The notes beneath the pieces are model-generated. The model saw only the letters and a list, made by a program, of their open reading frames with translations, was not told the DNA's origin and ran no database searches. Below are positions 21,139 to 34,730 of a DNA stretch of 64,000 nt, piece after piece; the stretch's first letter is position 1; each line of letters starts with the position of its first letter. The DNA lies in assembly GCA_963810095.1 (NCBI GenBank), contig CAWEMM010000009.1, positions 650,605 to 714,604 on the forward strand, written 5' to 3'. The stretch is from an uncultured Chloroflexia bacterium (GTDB taxonomy: Bacteria; Chloroflexota; Anaerolineae; CG2-30-64-16). The translations under genes and the position numbers were made by a program.

Positions 21139-24100
21139 ATGATCACGCAGCAAAAACGCGCGCTCCGCGGCTTGCTGAACGGCGCCGGCGGATGGCTGCG
21201 CGACTGGTCTCTGCCGCGCCAGATGGCCGGCCAGGACGCCTTCAGCACGGCCGCCGAGAGCGCATGGTCGCGAACGTTCCGCCCCCGCATCGAGGACGCG
21301 GACCGGGTGGGCACCAGCATTTGCCCGTACTGTGCGGTCGGCTGCGCTCAGCTGGCGTACGTCAAGGGGAACGACATCATCCATATCGAGGGTGATCCGC
21401 GCAGCCCCATCAACCAGGGCACGCTGTGTCCCAAGGGCGCGGCCACCATCGGTTGGATCCACAGTCCGAACCGCCTCACGACCGTCAAGCACCGCATGCC
21501 GGGCAGCGACCACTGGGACGAGGTGCCGCTTGAGTGGGCCATGGAGCGCATCGCGCAGCTGATCAAGCAGACACGGGATGCCACCTTCGAGGAGAAGGCC
21601 CCGGACGGCAAGCGGACCAACCGGACGATGGCGATCGCGTCGCTGGGCGGGGCAACGCTCGACAACGAAGAGAACTACCTGATCAAGAAGCTGTTCGGCG
21701 GCGCGCTCGGGGTGGTGTGGATCGAAAACCAGGCCCGAGTCTGACACAGCGCCTCCGTGCCCAGTTTGGGCGCCAGCTTCGGCCGGGGGGCCGCCACCAC
21801 CGCGCAGTGGGACGTTGCCAACAGCGACTGCATCCTCATTATGGGCTCGAACATGGCCGAGTGCCACCCGATCGCCTTTCGCTTCGCCATGGAAGCCCGG
21901 CGGCGGGGTGCCACCCTCATTCACGTCGACCCGCGTTTCACCCGCACCTCGGCGCTGTGCGACATTTACGCCCCGATCCGCGCGGGCACCGACATCGCGT
22001 TTCTGGGCGGCATCATCCGCTATATCCTCGAAAATGACCTTTGGTTTCGCGAGTACGCGCTGGCATACACGAACATTGCGACCATCATCGACCCGGGCTT
22101 CAAGGACACGAGCGAGCTCGACGGCCTGTTCAGTGGGTGGGATTCGGAGAAGGCTCAGTACGATCTGGAAACCTGGCAGTACAAGAAAAAGGACGAGCCG
22201 GCCGCCCAGCGCGATCAAGCCGAGCAGACCGGCGAGGCTTACAGCGACCGTCTCGCCCGTGCCTACGGCCCGCCGCCCACCGATCCGACCCTCCAGGACC
22301 CGTACTGCATCTACCAGATTCTGAAGCGCCACTACGATGCTTACACTCCGGAAATGGTCGAGCGCATCACCGGCTGCCCGAAGGACGTCTTCCTCAAGGT
22401 GGCGGAGACTTTCGCGGCGGCCTCGGGACGCGAAAAGACCGCCAGCATCTGCTACGCGGTGGGCTGGACGCAACATACGGTGGGCGTGCAGAACATCCGG
22501 GCCGCTTCCATCATCCAGGCGCTGCTCGGCAACATCGGCCGGCCCGGTGGCGGCATCCTGGCGCTGCGCGGGCACTCCAGCATCCAGGGCAGCACCGACA
22601 TCCCGACGCTGTTCAACTTGCTCCCCGGCTACCTGCCGCAGCCGAGCGCGGCGGAGCCGGGCCACGACACGCTCGAAGAGTATCTCAAGACCGAACGGCT
22701 CGAGATGGGCTGGTGGCACAACTTCCCCAAGTACATGATCAGCCTGATGCGCGCGTGGTATGGCGACAACGTGGGCCCGCAGAATGAATGGGGCTTCCAG
22801 TGGCTGCCCAAGATCACAGGCGACCATTCGCAGCTGCCCATGATGTTCGCAATCAAAGACCGGGAGATCAAGGGGCTGCTCGTGCCGGGGCAGAACCCCG
22901 CGGTTGGCGGCCAGAACGCCCATCTCGTGCGGATGGGGCTGGCCAATCTCGAGTGGCTGGTCGTGCGCGACACGTTCGAAACCGAGACCGCGTCTTTCTG
23001 GTATGCGTCGCCGGAGATTGAGCGGGGGGAACTGCGCACGGCGGAGATTCAGACCGAGATCTTCCTGATGCCCGCGGCCCTGCCCGTCGAGAAAGACGGG
23101 ACGTTCACGAACACGCACCGGCTGATCCAGTGGCACGACAAGCTGGTCGAGCCGCCCGGCGACTGCCGTTCGGAAACCTGGTTTTACTACCACCTGGGCA
23201 GGCGCCTGAAGGAACTATACGCGGACAGCGCCAACTCGCGGGACGACCCGATCCGGGCCCTGCAATGGGATTACCCGGTCGAGGGTCCGAGCCGCGAGCC
23301 CAGCGTGGACGCGATCTTCCGCGAGGTAAACGGTTACACCTGGCCCAACCGGCAGCAAATCCCGGACTTCAAGCACCTCGAAGATGACGGCTCGACCGCG
23401 TGCGGCTGCTGGATCTACACGGGGGTCTATCCCGAGAACGACCGCAACCGGGCGCGTATGCGCCAGCCCGACGGGCCGGACGGGCCCGGCACTCATCTCA
23501 ACTGGGCGTTCGCCTGGCCGAGCAACCGGCGTATCATGTACAACCGGGCCTCGGCAGACCCGGAGGGCCGCCCCTGGTCCCCGCGGAAGCAGTACGTTTG
23601 GTGGGACGTGGCAGCGGGGAAGTGGCAGGGCTATGACGAGGTCGAGTTCATCATCGACAAGCCGCCCGACTACCAGCCTGACTGGGCCAAGCACCCCGTG
23701 GGCATGGATGCACAGGATGGCAAGTCGCCGTTTATGATGATCGAGGACGGGCGTGGCTCCCTGTTCGCCACGTCCGGCATCAAGGACGGCCCACTCCCGG
23801 CGCACTTCGAACCCGTCGAGAGCCCGGTCCGCAACGTGCTGTACGGGCAACAGGCAAACCCCGCGGCGAAGTATTGGGACCGGCCCGACAACCCCTATCA
23901 CGCGGTGGGCGACAAGCGCTATCCTTACGTCATCACCACATACCGCCTGACCGAACACCATGCCGGCGGCTCACCCACCCGCAACGTGCCCACCCTGGCC
24001 GAGCTCCAGCCCGAGGGCTTTTGCGAAATCCCGGAGGAACTTGCGGCGGAGCTGAGCATCAGCAACGGAGACTGGGTCGTGCTGGAGACCGCCCGCTACG

Positions 24101-24357
24101 AGATCGAGACCAAGGCGCTGGTGACGGCCCGCCTCCGGCCGCTCACCATTGACGGACGGACAGTCTACCAGGTCGGGATGCCGTGGCACTACGGTTGGCA
24201 GGGGTTTGCGACCGGCGCGCCGGCAAACGACCTCGCCGCGATGGCCGGCGACGCCAATACGAGCATCCATGAAGGCAAGGCGTTTACGTGCAACGTGCGC
24301 CCCGGCCGGCTGACCTTCCGCACGATGCGGATCGCCGGGCTCGAGCCAAAGCCCTGA
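21139..24357 (+). CDS. fdnG: Selenocysteine-containing formate dehydrogenase alpha subunit (Mo/W-bisPGD), Sec at codon 202
   Basis: CPYCAVGC Fe-S motif; ENQARV-TGA(21742-21744)-HSASVPSLG in frame with the downstream 866-aa ORF; TTYRLTEHH. Confidence 0.93.
21757..21773 (+). promoter_or_regulatory. Bacterial SECIS hairpin
   Basis: GTGCCCA-GTT-TGGGCGC stem with G first in the loop, about 20 nt after the UGA. Confidence 0.7.
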
Positions 24358-24528
24358 CCACCAAGGCACGCAGACACGAAGCTGCACCAAGAGTATCTGT
24401 CCCAGAATTAGCTGGGGCCGGTCTCTGACCGTGCCCCAGCTGGCGTACGAGACCGGCCAGAGCATTTTGGGCTAGGTTTATGAGCATAACCGGCTTTGTG
24501 AATCTTAGTGTCCTGGTGCCTTCGTGGT
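24357..24528. repeat. Family A palindrome copy 3, with about 100-nt structured insert
   Basis: ACCACCAAGGCACGCAGACACGAAG...CTTAGTGTCCTGGTGCCTTCGTGGT; inner GGCCGGTCTC...GAGACCGGCC hairpin. Confidence 0.75.
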
Positions 24529-24570
24529 GGTAAGACGCCGGCGCTACGGACGGAACTCAAGGAGCTAAGC

Positions 24571-25473
24571 GTGCATCAGCGCATTCGCAACCATACAGAC
24601 TCCATCCTGCCGGGGCTCATCCACGACGAGTCGGAGATCACCGCGGGCGTGAAGATCCGGCCGGGCCGCCGCTACGGCTTCTTTACCGACACGAGCGTCT
24701 GCATCGGCTGCAAGGCGTGTGAAGTCGCATGTAAAGAGTGGAACCAGCTTCCCGTCGACAACTACGGGCTGACGGCCATGAGTTACGACAACACACGCGG
24801 ACTCGGCGCGTCCACCTGGCGGCACGTCGCCTTTGCCGAACGCCTTGGCGCCGACGGCGATCCCGCCCCGACCCTGATGCCGCCCTTCCAGAGCGGCTGG
24901 CGTATGATGAGCGACGTCTGCAAGCACTGCTACCGCGCCGGCTGCCTGGAAGCCTGCCCGACAGGCAGCCTGTTCCGTACCGAGTTCGACACGGTCGTGG
25001 TCCAGCAGGACATCTGCAACGGCTGTGGGTACTGCGTCGTCTCCTGTCCTTTTGGCGTCATCGATATCAGCCACCACGACGGCAAGGCGCACAAATGCAC
25101 GCTGTGTTACGACCGGCTGAAGAGCGGCCTCGAACCCGCGTGCGCTAAGGCCTGCCCGACCGATTCGATCAACTTCGGGGAAGTGGACGCGCTGCTGGAC
25201 CGCGCCGAACGCCGGCTTGCCGAACTGCACGCGCTGGGCGTGCACAGCGCCTACCTTTACGGCGCGCCCGGCACCCCCGGCGCGACGGGCGAAATCGGCG
25301 GGCTCAACTGTTTCTTCCTGCTGCTCGACCGGCCCGAGATCTACAACCTCCCCGTCGCGCCCCTGCTCCCGCCTGCCCGCACCGGCGCGGGCTTGCTGCG
25401 GGGCATCCTGACCATGGCCGGGATTGGGCTCGCGGCCGCCGGGGTCTATCTCGCGGGGCGAAGGGACGACTGA
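24571..25473 (+). CDS. fdnH: Formate dehydrogenase beta (4Fe-4S) subunit
   Basis: CIGCKACEVAC, CKHC..AGC..ACP, CNGCGYC..SCP, KCTLC..ACAKACP; C-terminal TM; AAGGAG RBS before GTG. Confidence 0.9.
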   Translation: MHQRIRNHTDSILPGLIHDESEITAGVKIRPGRRYGFFTDTSVCIGCKACEVACKEWNQLPVDNYGLTAMSYDNTRGLGASTWRHVAFAERLGADGDPAPTLMPPFQSGWRMMSDVCKHCYRAGCLEACPTGSLFRTEFDTVVVQQDICNGCGYCVVSCPFGVIDISHHDGKAHKCTLCYDRLKSGLEPACAKACPTDSINFGEVDALLDRAERRLAELHALGVHSAYLYGAPGTPGATGEIGGLNCFFLLLDRPEIYNLPVAPLLPPARTGAGLLRGILTMAGIGLAAAGVYLAGRRDD

Positions 25474-25538
25474 CCCCAAGGGCGCCGGCGAGCTCAAGAT
25501 TTCTCGTGTATCAACGTGCCTTTGTGTCTTGGTGGTGA
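25473..25538. repeat. Family A palindrome copy 4 (degenerate)
   Basis: ACCCCAAGGGC...GTGCCTTTGTGTCTTGGTGGTGA. Confidence 0.6.
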
Positions 25539-25578
25539 GTCAGGTCGGCAGTGCCGGCACGCTCACAAGGAGTTGGCG

Positions 25579-26568
25579 ATGCGCGAAACAAAGCCGGTCG
25601 ATCTGCAGCGACCGTATGAAGGTGAGACTTATTACCGTGTGCCGCCCATCAAGGCCGGCCCGTACCGCTGGGCAATCATCTTCTACTTCTTCATCGGCGG
25701 AATCGCGAGTGCGGCCCAGTTTATCGCGACGATCGCCGACCTGTTCGGCGGCAAGGGTGACGGGAAGATCGTCCGGGCTGGCCGTTACCTGGCCTTGATC
25801 GGCGCGCTGATCAGCCCGGTGCTGCTGATTGCTGATCTGCACAAGCGGGAACGCTGGTACAACATGCTGCGCATCTACCGCAGCACCTCGGCCATGTCCG
25901 TCGGCGCATGGGCGCTGTCCCTGTTCGGCGCGTTCACCGGGCTTACCGCTGCGGGACAGTTCCTCGCCGACCTCGGCCCCGGCAGAACAAGCGGCCTGGG
26001 CCGGACCGCGGCGCGCCTCGCACAAATCCCTGCCGCGATGGCCGGCGGGGTGGTGGCGCTGTACACCGGCACGCTCATGGCGGCAACCGCCTCGCCCGTG
26101 AACGCGGCGGCCTTTCCGTTCCTGTCGTCGCTCTTCGCCAGCTCGGCAGCGTCGACCGCGGCGGCCGCCCTGACGGTCGCCGCCGAGGCCACGGGCGCGG
26201 GCGAGAGCAGCAAGCGCAAGCTGAACCTGGTCGCGCTGATCGCAGGTACTGCGGAGTTGGTCTTTGCGATCCTCGTCGAGCGTGAGTGGCGGCGGGAGGG
26301 CGCAAACGCGCCGCTGAAGGAGACGCCGCTCGGGCCCGCCTTCCGGGCCGGCGTGCTCGGGTTGGGCATCGGAGAGCCGCTTGTCGCACATGCGGTCCAG
26401 GCCGCGCTCCCGCACGAGTCGCGATGGGTGGCCCTGGTGAGCGCCGCGTCGGCCCTGGCCGGCGGCTTCATCCTACGGGCGGTCTTTGTTCTGGGAGGCG
26501 TCGAGTCGGCACAGCGTGCGGAAGAGTACTTCAAGTTCACGCAGGGAAACGGTCGGGGCGCGCGCTGA
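25579..26568 (+). CDS. NrfD/PsrC family membrane anchor subunit
   Basis: YFFIGGIA, LIADL..ERW.NML, SAMSVGAW, YTGTL. Confidence 0.88.
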   Translation: MRETKPVDLQRPYEGETYYRVPPIKAGPYRWAIIFYFFIGGIASAAQFIATIADLFGGKGDGKIVRAGRYLALIGALISPVLLIADLHKRERWYNMLRIYRSTSAMSVGAWALSLFGAFTGLTAAGQFLADLGPGRTSGLGRTAARLAQIPAAMAGGVVALYTGTLMAATASPVNAAAFPFLSSLFASSAASTAAAALTVAAEATGAGESSKRKLNLVALIAGTAELVFAILVEREWRREGANAPLKETPLGPAFRAGVLGLGIGEPLVAHAVQAALPHESRWVALVSAASALAGGFILRAVFVLGGVESAQRAEEYFKFTQGNGRGAR

Positions 26569-26687
26569 CGCCCCATCCGGGTGCATTTCCCCTGCCATAG
26601 GGCAGGCGAAGTTTCCGACTCCAGCGTGAGTGCGAGTATACTGAGGTTCGCGCCATTATCCGCATCCCTACGCTCGAGGAGCTACCC

Positions 26688-27545
26688 ATGCCGTCATTTC
26701 GCAGAAACACGCTCATCGTTACGGGCCTGGCTGTCGCCGGCGCTGCTGCCGCCCTCGCCTACGCTGCCCGCAAGATCACCGCTCCCGCCAATGGGAACCC
26801 GGACGATTTCCTGATCCAGCCGCGCAAGCTCGACCAATACGTGACCGTCTGCCTCGGGGCCAGCCACATGCACGGACGGGTCGGGGTGAATATCGTCGAC
26901 CTGCTGCGCCAGCGCCTGCCCGAGCCCGAGTACGCCTTCGTTAACGCGGGCGTCAACGGCGACCTGGCCTGGAACGCACTCCAGCGCCTCCCATCCGTCA
27001 TTGCCTGCGACCCGGACGCGGTCGTGGTGTTGGTGGGAACGAACGACGTGCTGGCGTCCTTGAGCGAGCGGGTGGCGAAGATGGCTATCAAGGGCAAGAA
27101 GCTGCCCACCGTGCCCACCTTGAGCGGGTACGCCGAGGACCTCAGCCGGATCGTTCTGGACCTCCAGAAGTCGACCCATGCGCGCGTGGGGCTGTGTTCA
27201 CTGCCGGTGCTGGGCGAAAACCTGGCGTCTGAGGCGGGCCAGCGGTTGGAGGCGTATAATGCGGTGATCCGCGACGTGGCGCAAGCGAACGGCGCGGCGT
27301 ACCTGCCCGTCTACGAGCGGCAGGTCGAATACCTGGCCGCCCTGGGCCGCACAGACGGCGTCCCGTATGTCGATAACCCCCGGCTGCTCATGGCCGCCGC
27401 GCTCGAGCACTACCTGCTCGGCCGCTCCTTCGACGAGATTTCCGCCCGCCACAACCTGGCGCTCACGACGGATACGATCCATCTCAATAGCGTAGGCGCG
27501 CAGTTCGTGGTCGAGGAAGTGGAGAGGTTTCTGACGCAAGGGTAA
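26688..27545 (+). CDS. SGNH/GDSL hydrolase
   Basis: CLGASH, NAGVNGD, GTND, DTIHLN. Confidence 0.88.
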   Translation: MPSFRRNTLIVTGLAVAGAAAALAYAARKITAPANGNPDDFLIQPRKLDQYVTVCLGASHMHGRVGVNIVDLLRQRLPEPEYAFVNAGVNGDLAWNALQRLPSVIACDPDAVVVLVGTNDVLASLSERVAKMAIKGKKLPTVPTLSGYAEDLSRIVLDLQKSTHARVGLCSLPVLGENLASEAGQRLEAYNAVIRDVAQANGAAYLPVYERQVEYLAALGRTDGVPYVDNPRLLMAAALEHYLLGRSFDEISARHNLALTTDTIHLNSVGAQFVVEEVERFLTQG

Positions 27546-27547
27546 CA

Positions 27548-27601
27548 GGCACAAGGGCACGAAGCAACGGCTCGCCGAGCCTGCCCTCGTGCCCTTGTGT
27601 C
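27548..27601. repeat. Family A palindrome copy 5
   Basis: GGCACAAGGGCACGAAG...CCTCGTGCCCTTGTGTC between convergent stops. Confidence 0.7.
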
Positions 27602-27607
27602 AGACGG

Positions 27608-28573
27608 TCACTGCGGCTTGTTCGCCAGGATGTCTTCGATCCGGTCCATCACCTCGTCCGTCAGCTGCGGCGCGATCTCGAGCGCCTTCATGTTCTCATG
27701 CACCTGCTCGGCCCGGCTCGCGCCGGTGATCACCGTGCTCACGTCCGGGTTCTTCAAGCACCACGCCAGCGCCAGCTGCGCCTGGCTGCAGCCCAATTCG
27801 TCGGCCACCGGCTTCAGTTCGCGCACCTTGGCGATGCGCTCCGGCTTCAGCAGGTGCTCCTTCAGCCATTCGTACCCTTTCAGGTTGGCCCGGCTGCTCT
27901 CCGGAACGCCGTCATTGTACTTGCCGCTCAGCAGGCCCGACGCCAGCGGGCTCCAGATGGTCGTGCCGTAGCCCAGGTCGCGGTACAGGGGCGCGTACTC
28001 CTTCTCGAACCGGTCGCGCACGAGCATGTTGTACTGCGGCTGCTCCATGCTGGGCGGGGTCAGGTTGTACTGCCGGGCGATGGCATCCGCATGCATGATC
28101 TCCGCCGCGCTCCACTCGGAGGTGCCCCAGTAGAAGATCTTGCCCTGCTTGACGAGGATATCCATCGCCCGCACGGTCTCTTCGATGGGCGTGTCCGGGT
28201 CGGGCCGGTGGCAGAAGCACAAGTCGACGTACTCGAGCTGGAAGCGCTTCAGCGCGTTATTGACCCCTTCGATCACGTGCTTGTGCGACAGGCCCGTCTG
28301 ATTCGGCTTGTTGCCGCCCCAGAAGACCTTCGTCGACACCACGTATTCCTCGCGCTTCCACCCCAGCTTCTTGAGCACGTTCCCCATGACGATCTCGGCG
28401 TTGCCTTCGGCGTACCCTTCGGCGTTGTCGAAGAAGTTCACCCCGTGCTCCCAGGCCGCGATCATGCACTCTTCGGCAATCTCCTGCCCCACCTGGCCGC
28501 CGTAGGTCACCCACGCGCCCAACGACAGCTCGCTCAGCTGCAAGCCCGACTTACCCAGTCTCCGATAATTCAT
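27608..28573 (-). CDS. Aldo/keto reductase (Kv-beta-like)
   Basis: [28 protein letters not shown]. Confidence 0.93.
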   Translation of the reverse strand: MNYRRLGKSGLQLSELSLGAWVTYGGQVGQEIAEECMIAAWEHGVNFFDNAEGYAEGNAEIVMGNVLKKLGWKREEYVVSTKVFWGGNKPNQTGLSHKHVIEGVNNALKRFQLEYVDLCFCHRPDPDTPIEETVRAMDILVKQGKIFYWGTSEWSAAEIMHADAIARQYNLTPPSMEQPQYNMLVRDRFEKEYAPLYRDLGYGTTIWSPLASGLLSGKYNDGVPESSRANLKGYEWLKEHLLKPERIAKVRELKPVADELGCSQAQLALAWCLKNPDVSTVITGASRAEQVHENMKALEIAPQLTDEVMDRIEDILANKPQ

Positions 28574-28649
28574 GAATTCCCTCCGCGAGTGGTGCCAAAT
28601 CCAATAGTTACGCCGGCCAAGGCCGGCAGCGCAACCGCAATAGTATACA

Positions 28650-30813
<2,164 letters not shown>

Positions 30814-31034
30814 CAAGCCTTCCTGACCGGTCGCAGGGTAAGCGCGTCGCGCAACCCTCCACCGTCTCCGGCCCGTGAGGCGTCCGCGCGCGTATGCAAG
30901 GCTGCTGCCGGGACAGTTCGCTTCATTTGACGCCTCCTTTTGCGCCGCAACTGTTTGATTTCGTACAAACTGTGCTAAACTCAGCCGAAAGCCGGTTCAG
31001 GATCGGCCAAATCACGTAGGAGGAGAGGGGTCGG

Positions 31035-31417
31035 TTGATCGAGCAACTGCGCATGTTGGAGGAGTTTCACCGCGTCTTCGGCGCGCACCTGGAGCCGGCC
31101 CCGACCGCGGACCTGGACGGGCCGACCATTGCGCTGCGGGTGAGCCTGATCCAGGAGGAGTTGAACGAGTACCGGGAAGCCGCCGAAGCACACGACCTGG
31201 TCGCCGTCGCCGACGCGCTCAGCGACCTGATGTACGTCGTTCTCGGCACCTATGTCTCGCACGGGCTGCAGGATGCGGCCGAGGCCCTCTTTGCCGAGGT
31301 GCATGCCAGCAACATGAGCAAGCGCGACGCAGACGGCCGCGTCCTCTACCGCAGCGACGGCAAGGTGCTCAAGTCGAACCTCTGGCGCCCACCGATCTCA
31401 AGGCGATACTGGAATAG
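31035..31417 (+). CDS. MazG-like / PRA-PH NTP pyrophosphohydrolase (likely indel near 3' end)
   Basis: LIQEELNEY, ADALSDL.YV, EVHASNMSK, DGKVLK; natural end PPDLKAILE* (TAG 31415-17) needs a 1-nt correction. Confidence 0.8.
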
Positions 31418-31418
31418 C

Positions 31419-31502
31419 ACGCAGATCGGACTGACCGGACTGATTGCCTTGATCCAGCTAAAGCGAGATCAGGCGGATCAGTCCAATCAGTTCAATCCGC
31501 GT
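31419..31502. repeat. 9-nt-periodic palindrome, family B copy 1
   Basis: AC-GCAGATCGG-ACTGACCGG-ACTGATTGC-CTTGATC...GATCAGTCCAATCAGTTCAATCCGCGT. Confidence 0.8.
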
Positions 31503-31519
31503 TCCATTGAGCTTGTCAC

Positions 31520-32553
31520 ATGAAGCGACTCTACATCGCCTACACTGGTGGGACCATCGGGATGCGGCGAACGGCCGAGGGATATGCGCCCGCACCGGGA
31601 TTTCTCGCGGCGCAGATGGCCGTGATGCCCGAGCTCGTCGACCCCGCGATGCCCGCGTACGACCTTCACGAATACGAGCCGCTGCTCGACTCGTCCAACA
31701 TGCGGCCCGCCGATTGGGTGCGCATCGGTCGCGATATCGTGAAGCACTACGACGACTACGACGGGTTTGTGGTGCTGCACGGCACCGATACGATGGCCTA
31801 CACCGCGTCGGCGCTGCCCTTCTTCATCGGCGGCCTGGGCAAGCCCGTCATCATCACCGGGTCGCAGATCCCGCTCTCCGAAGTCCGCAACGACGCCCGC
31901 AGCAGCCTCGTCACCTCGATGCTTATCGCCAGCAGCGCTGCCGTTTCGGAGGTGTGCCTGTACTTTGGCAACAAGCTGCTGCGCGGGTGTCGGGCCACAA
32001 AAGTGCATGCCGACGGGCTGGACGCGTTCGATTCCCCGAACTATCCCCCTCTCGGGCGGGTGGGCGTCGATGTGGACATTGACACAACCCACATTCGGCC
32101 CGCGCAGCCGCGGACCCGTGCGCCTTGCCGAGCCCCGGCGTGAGGCGACGGTCGGCGCGTTCCGCCTGTTTCCGGGCATCTCGCCCCAGTTCCTGGCGAA
32201 CGTCCTCCAGCCACCGCTCGAGGGGCTGGTGCTGCAGGCGTACGGTGTGGGCAACGGCCCGGACCGCGACGCCGCGCTGCTCCAGGTGCTGCGTGAGGCG
32301 AGCGACCGGGGGGTCGTCGTCGTGGCTTGCACCCAGTGCCTGCGCGGTGCAGTGCATCTGGGCGAATACGCGACGGGCGCAGCGTTGGCCCGTGCCGGCG
32401 TCATCAGCGGCTACGACCTGACGACCGAGGCCGCGCTGTGCAAGCTCTACTACCTGTTCAGCACGGGCCACAAGCCGCGACGAGGTGCGCCGCTTGATGC
32501 GGCAGGATTTGTGCGGCGAGCTCACCGTGCCGCCCCGCCGGATGGTCTCGTAA
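31520..32553 (+). CDS. ansA: L-asparaginase type I (frameshifted)
   Basis: YTGGTIGM, LDSSNM, HGTDTMAY, TGSQIP, YGVGN; ends LCGELT. Confidence 0.9.
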
Positions 32554-32579
32554 GTGCAGGCGGAACGGTAACAGGAAGA

Positions 32580-32638
32580 ACCGAAGACACAAAGGCCCAT
32601 AAAGCTTGCGGAGCTTTGTGAAACTTAGCTTCTTTGGT
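32580..32638. repeat. Family A palindrome copy 6 (degenerate)
   Basis: ACCGAAGACACAAAGGC...CTTTGTGAAACTTAGCTTCTTTGGT. Confidence 0.45.
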
Positions 32639-32684
32639 ACTATTCTGTGAGTTCACCTTTTCGTGCGATTTCACCGGAGGAATG

Positions 32685-33376
32685 ATGCTGTTCGATCAGA
32701 TGAACTGGATGGGGATCGAGGAGTACCTGAAACGCGACAACCGCGTCGTCGTGATCGTCGGCGCGTGCGAGCAGCATGCCTATTCGAGCGTTACCGCCGA
32801 CGTGCTCGAGCCGCTGGAGATCGCCCGGGCTGCGACCGCCGCCGACTCCGTCCTGATCGCGCCCCCCATGCCCTACGGCATTTCGCCGTACTTCACGACC
32901 TATCCCGGGACGATCAGCTTGCGGGTGGAGACGTTCGCCGCGGTCGTGCGCGAGGTCGTCGACGGGCTTGTGCGCCAGGGGTTCTCTCGGGTGCTGGTGA
33001 GCAACGGGCACGGCGGCAACACGGGCGTGCTCTCGCCAGTGCTCGTCGAGCTGGCGAACGCGCACCCCGCGGCCCGGTTTGAGCTGTTTCAGTGGTGGAC
33101 CCATCCTGACGTGGTCAAAGCGGGCGAGGCGCTGGGGTTGCGGCAGAACCACGCCAACTGGTCCGAGAACTTTCCCTTCACGTGGTGGGCCCGACTCCCG
33201 CGGGCGAAAAGACGCCTCCCGTCATCTCCCGCTGGGCCAGCGCCGAGATGACGCGTGCGAAGCTGGGCGATGGGTCGTACGGCGGTCCCTACCAGGCCAG
33301 CGACGAGGCGATGCAGCAGTTCTTCGCGGCCGCGGTCAGCGCGATGGTCGCCGCGCTGGCCGACTTGAAGAATTGA
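32685..33376 (+). CDS. Creatininase family protein (frameshifted)
   Basis: GACEQH, PGTISL, NGHGGN, HANWSE. Confidence 0.85.
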
Positions 33377-33472
33377 CCCTCGCGGCGGGCAAGCCCCAGC
33401 CCATGCCATAGGCATCCCGAGCGGAGCCGGACGGCTTTTTGTCCGGCGTAGTCGAAGGATGCGGCCCTGCGC

Positions 33473-34664
33473 ATGTTGAAACGCCGCCTGACGCGCTTCG
33501 TTCTCGTCCTGCTGCTCATCGAGTTTCTCGACGAGCTCGTGTTCGGCGCGCGCGAGGCCGCCTGGCCGCTGGTGCGCAGCGACCTCGCACTTACCTATGC
33601 TCAGGTCGGCGTGCTGCTCAGTCTCCCCAGCCTCCTCGGCAACGCGATCGAGCCGTTTCTTGCGATCTTGGGCGACGTCTGGCGGCGTCGGGTGATCGTT
33701 CTGGGCGGCGGCGCCGTCTTCACGGCAGCCATCGCACTCACTGCCGTCAGCCAGTCTTTCGCCGGTCTGCTCTTTTCGTTCATCCTCATGTATCCTGCGT
33801 CCGGTGCGTTCGTCAGCCTGTCACAGGCCACACTGATGGACCTGGACGAGACCCGGCGCGAGCACAATATGGCGCGTTCGGACCTTCGCCGGCTCGCTGG
33901 GCGTGGTGCTGGGTCCGCTGGCGCTCGGCCTGGGCGCGGCGGCGCCTGCCCTGGGCTGGCGCGGCGTCCTCGGCGCGATGGCGGCACTGTCGCTGGTCCT
34001 GGTGCTCCTCAGCACCCGCATGCCCTATCCCGACGGCCGGGGGCCCGCCCACCGGCTCGACTTTTCCTCCGTGCTGGCGGGGCTGCGCGACGCGGTTGCA
34101 TCGTTAGGCCGGCCGGGCGTCCTGCGCTGGCTCGTGCTGCTCGAGTTCTCGGACCTCATGCTCGACGTGCTGCTGGGCTTCCTCGCGCTCTACCTGGTCG
34201 ACGTCGGGGGCGTAAGTGCCGGCCAGGCCAGCCTCGGGGTTGCCGTCTGGACCGGGGCCGGTCTGCTGGGCGACTTCGCGCTGATCCCGCTGCTCGAGCG
34301 CGTGCGCGGGTTGGCCTACCTGCGGGTCAGCGCGCTGCTGGAGTTGGTGCTATTCCCCCTCATGCTGCTGGTGCCGGGGTTCGTGCCGAAGGTAATCCTG
34401 CTCGGGCTTCTTGGCTTCTTTAACGCCGGGTGGTATTCGGTCCTGCAGGCGCAGCTCTACGCTTCATTGCCCGGCAAGAGCGGGACCGCACTGGCCGTGA
34501 AGAACGTGTCGGGCCTGATTGCGTCCGTAATCCCGCTCGTGCTCGGGCTTGCCGCCCAGCGTTGGGGCCTCGACGTCGCGATGTGGCTGCTGCTGGCCGG
34601 GCCGGTGGCGCTGGTGGTGGGGCTGCGGGGTGCAGGGTCTGGAGCGAAGGCGGAGGGTTCATAG
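33473..34664 (+). CDS. MFS transporter (one frameshift near 33880)
   Basis: Two hydrophobic halves in adjacent frames, 12-TM MFS pattern. Confidence 0.82.
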
Positions 34665-34670
34665 GCGTGA

Positions 34671-34714
34671 GGCAGGCCGGGCGAAGCTGGTCATCCGGCT
34701 TCGCCCGGCCTGCC
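34671..34714. terminator. GC-rich hairpin between convergent genes
   Basis: GGCAGGCCGGGCGAAGC...GCTTCGCCCGGCCTGCC. Confidence 0.55.
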
Positions 34715-34730
34715 CTTAACGGTTCGACTT

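Noticed and set aside
21742-21744. TGA as a nonsense mutation splitting fdh
   Set aside because: It is in frame at the conserved Sec ligand position with a SECIS-like hairpin, so recoding is far more likely
21112-23193. 693-aa minus-strand ORF
   Set aside because: Antisense shadow of fdnG in GC-rich DNA, with no motifs
31417-31523. C-terminal extension of the MazG-like ORF (TQIGLTGLIALIQ...)
   Set aside because: It is translated family B repeat reached only through a probable indel; the natural stop is at 31415-31417
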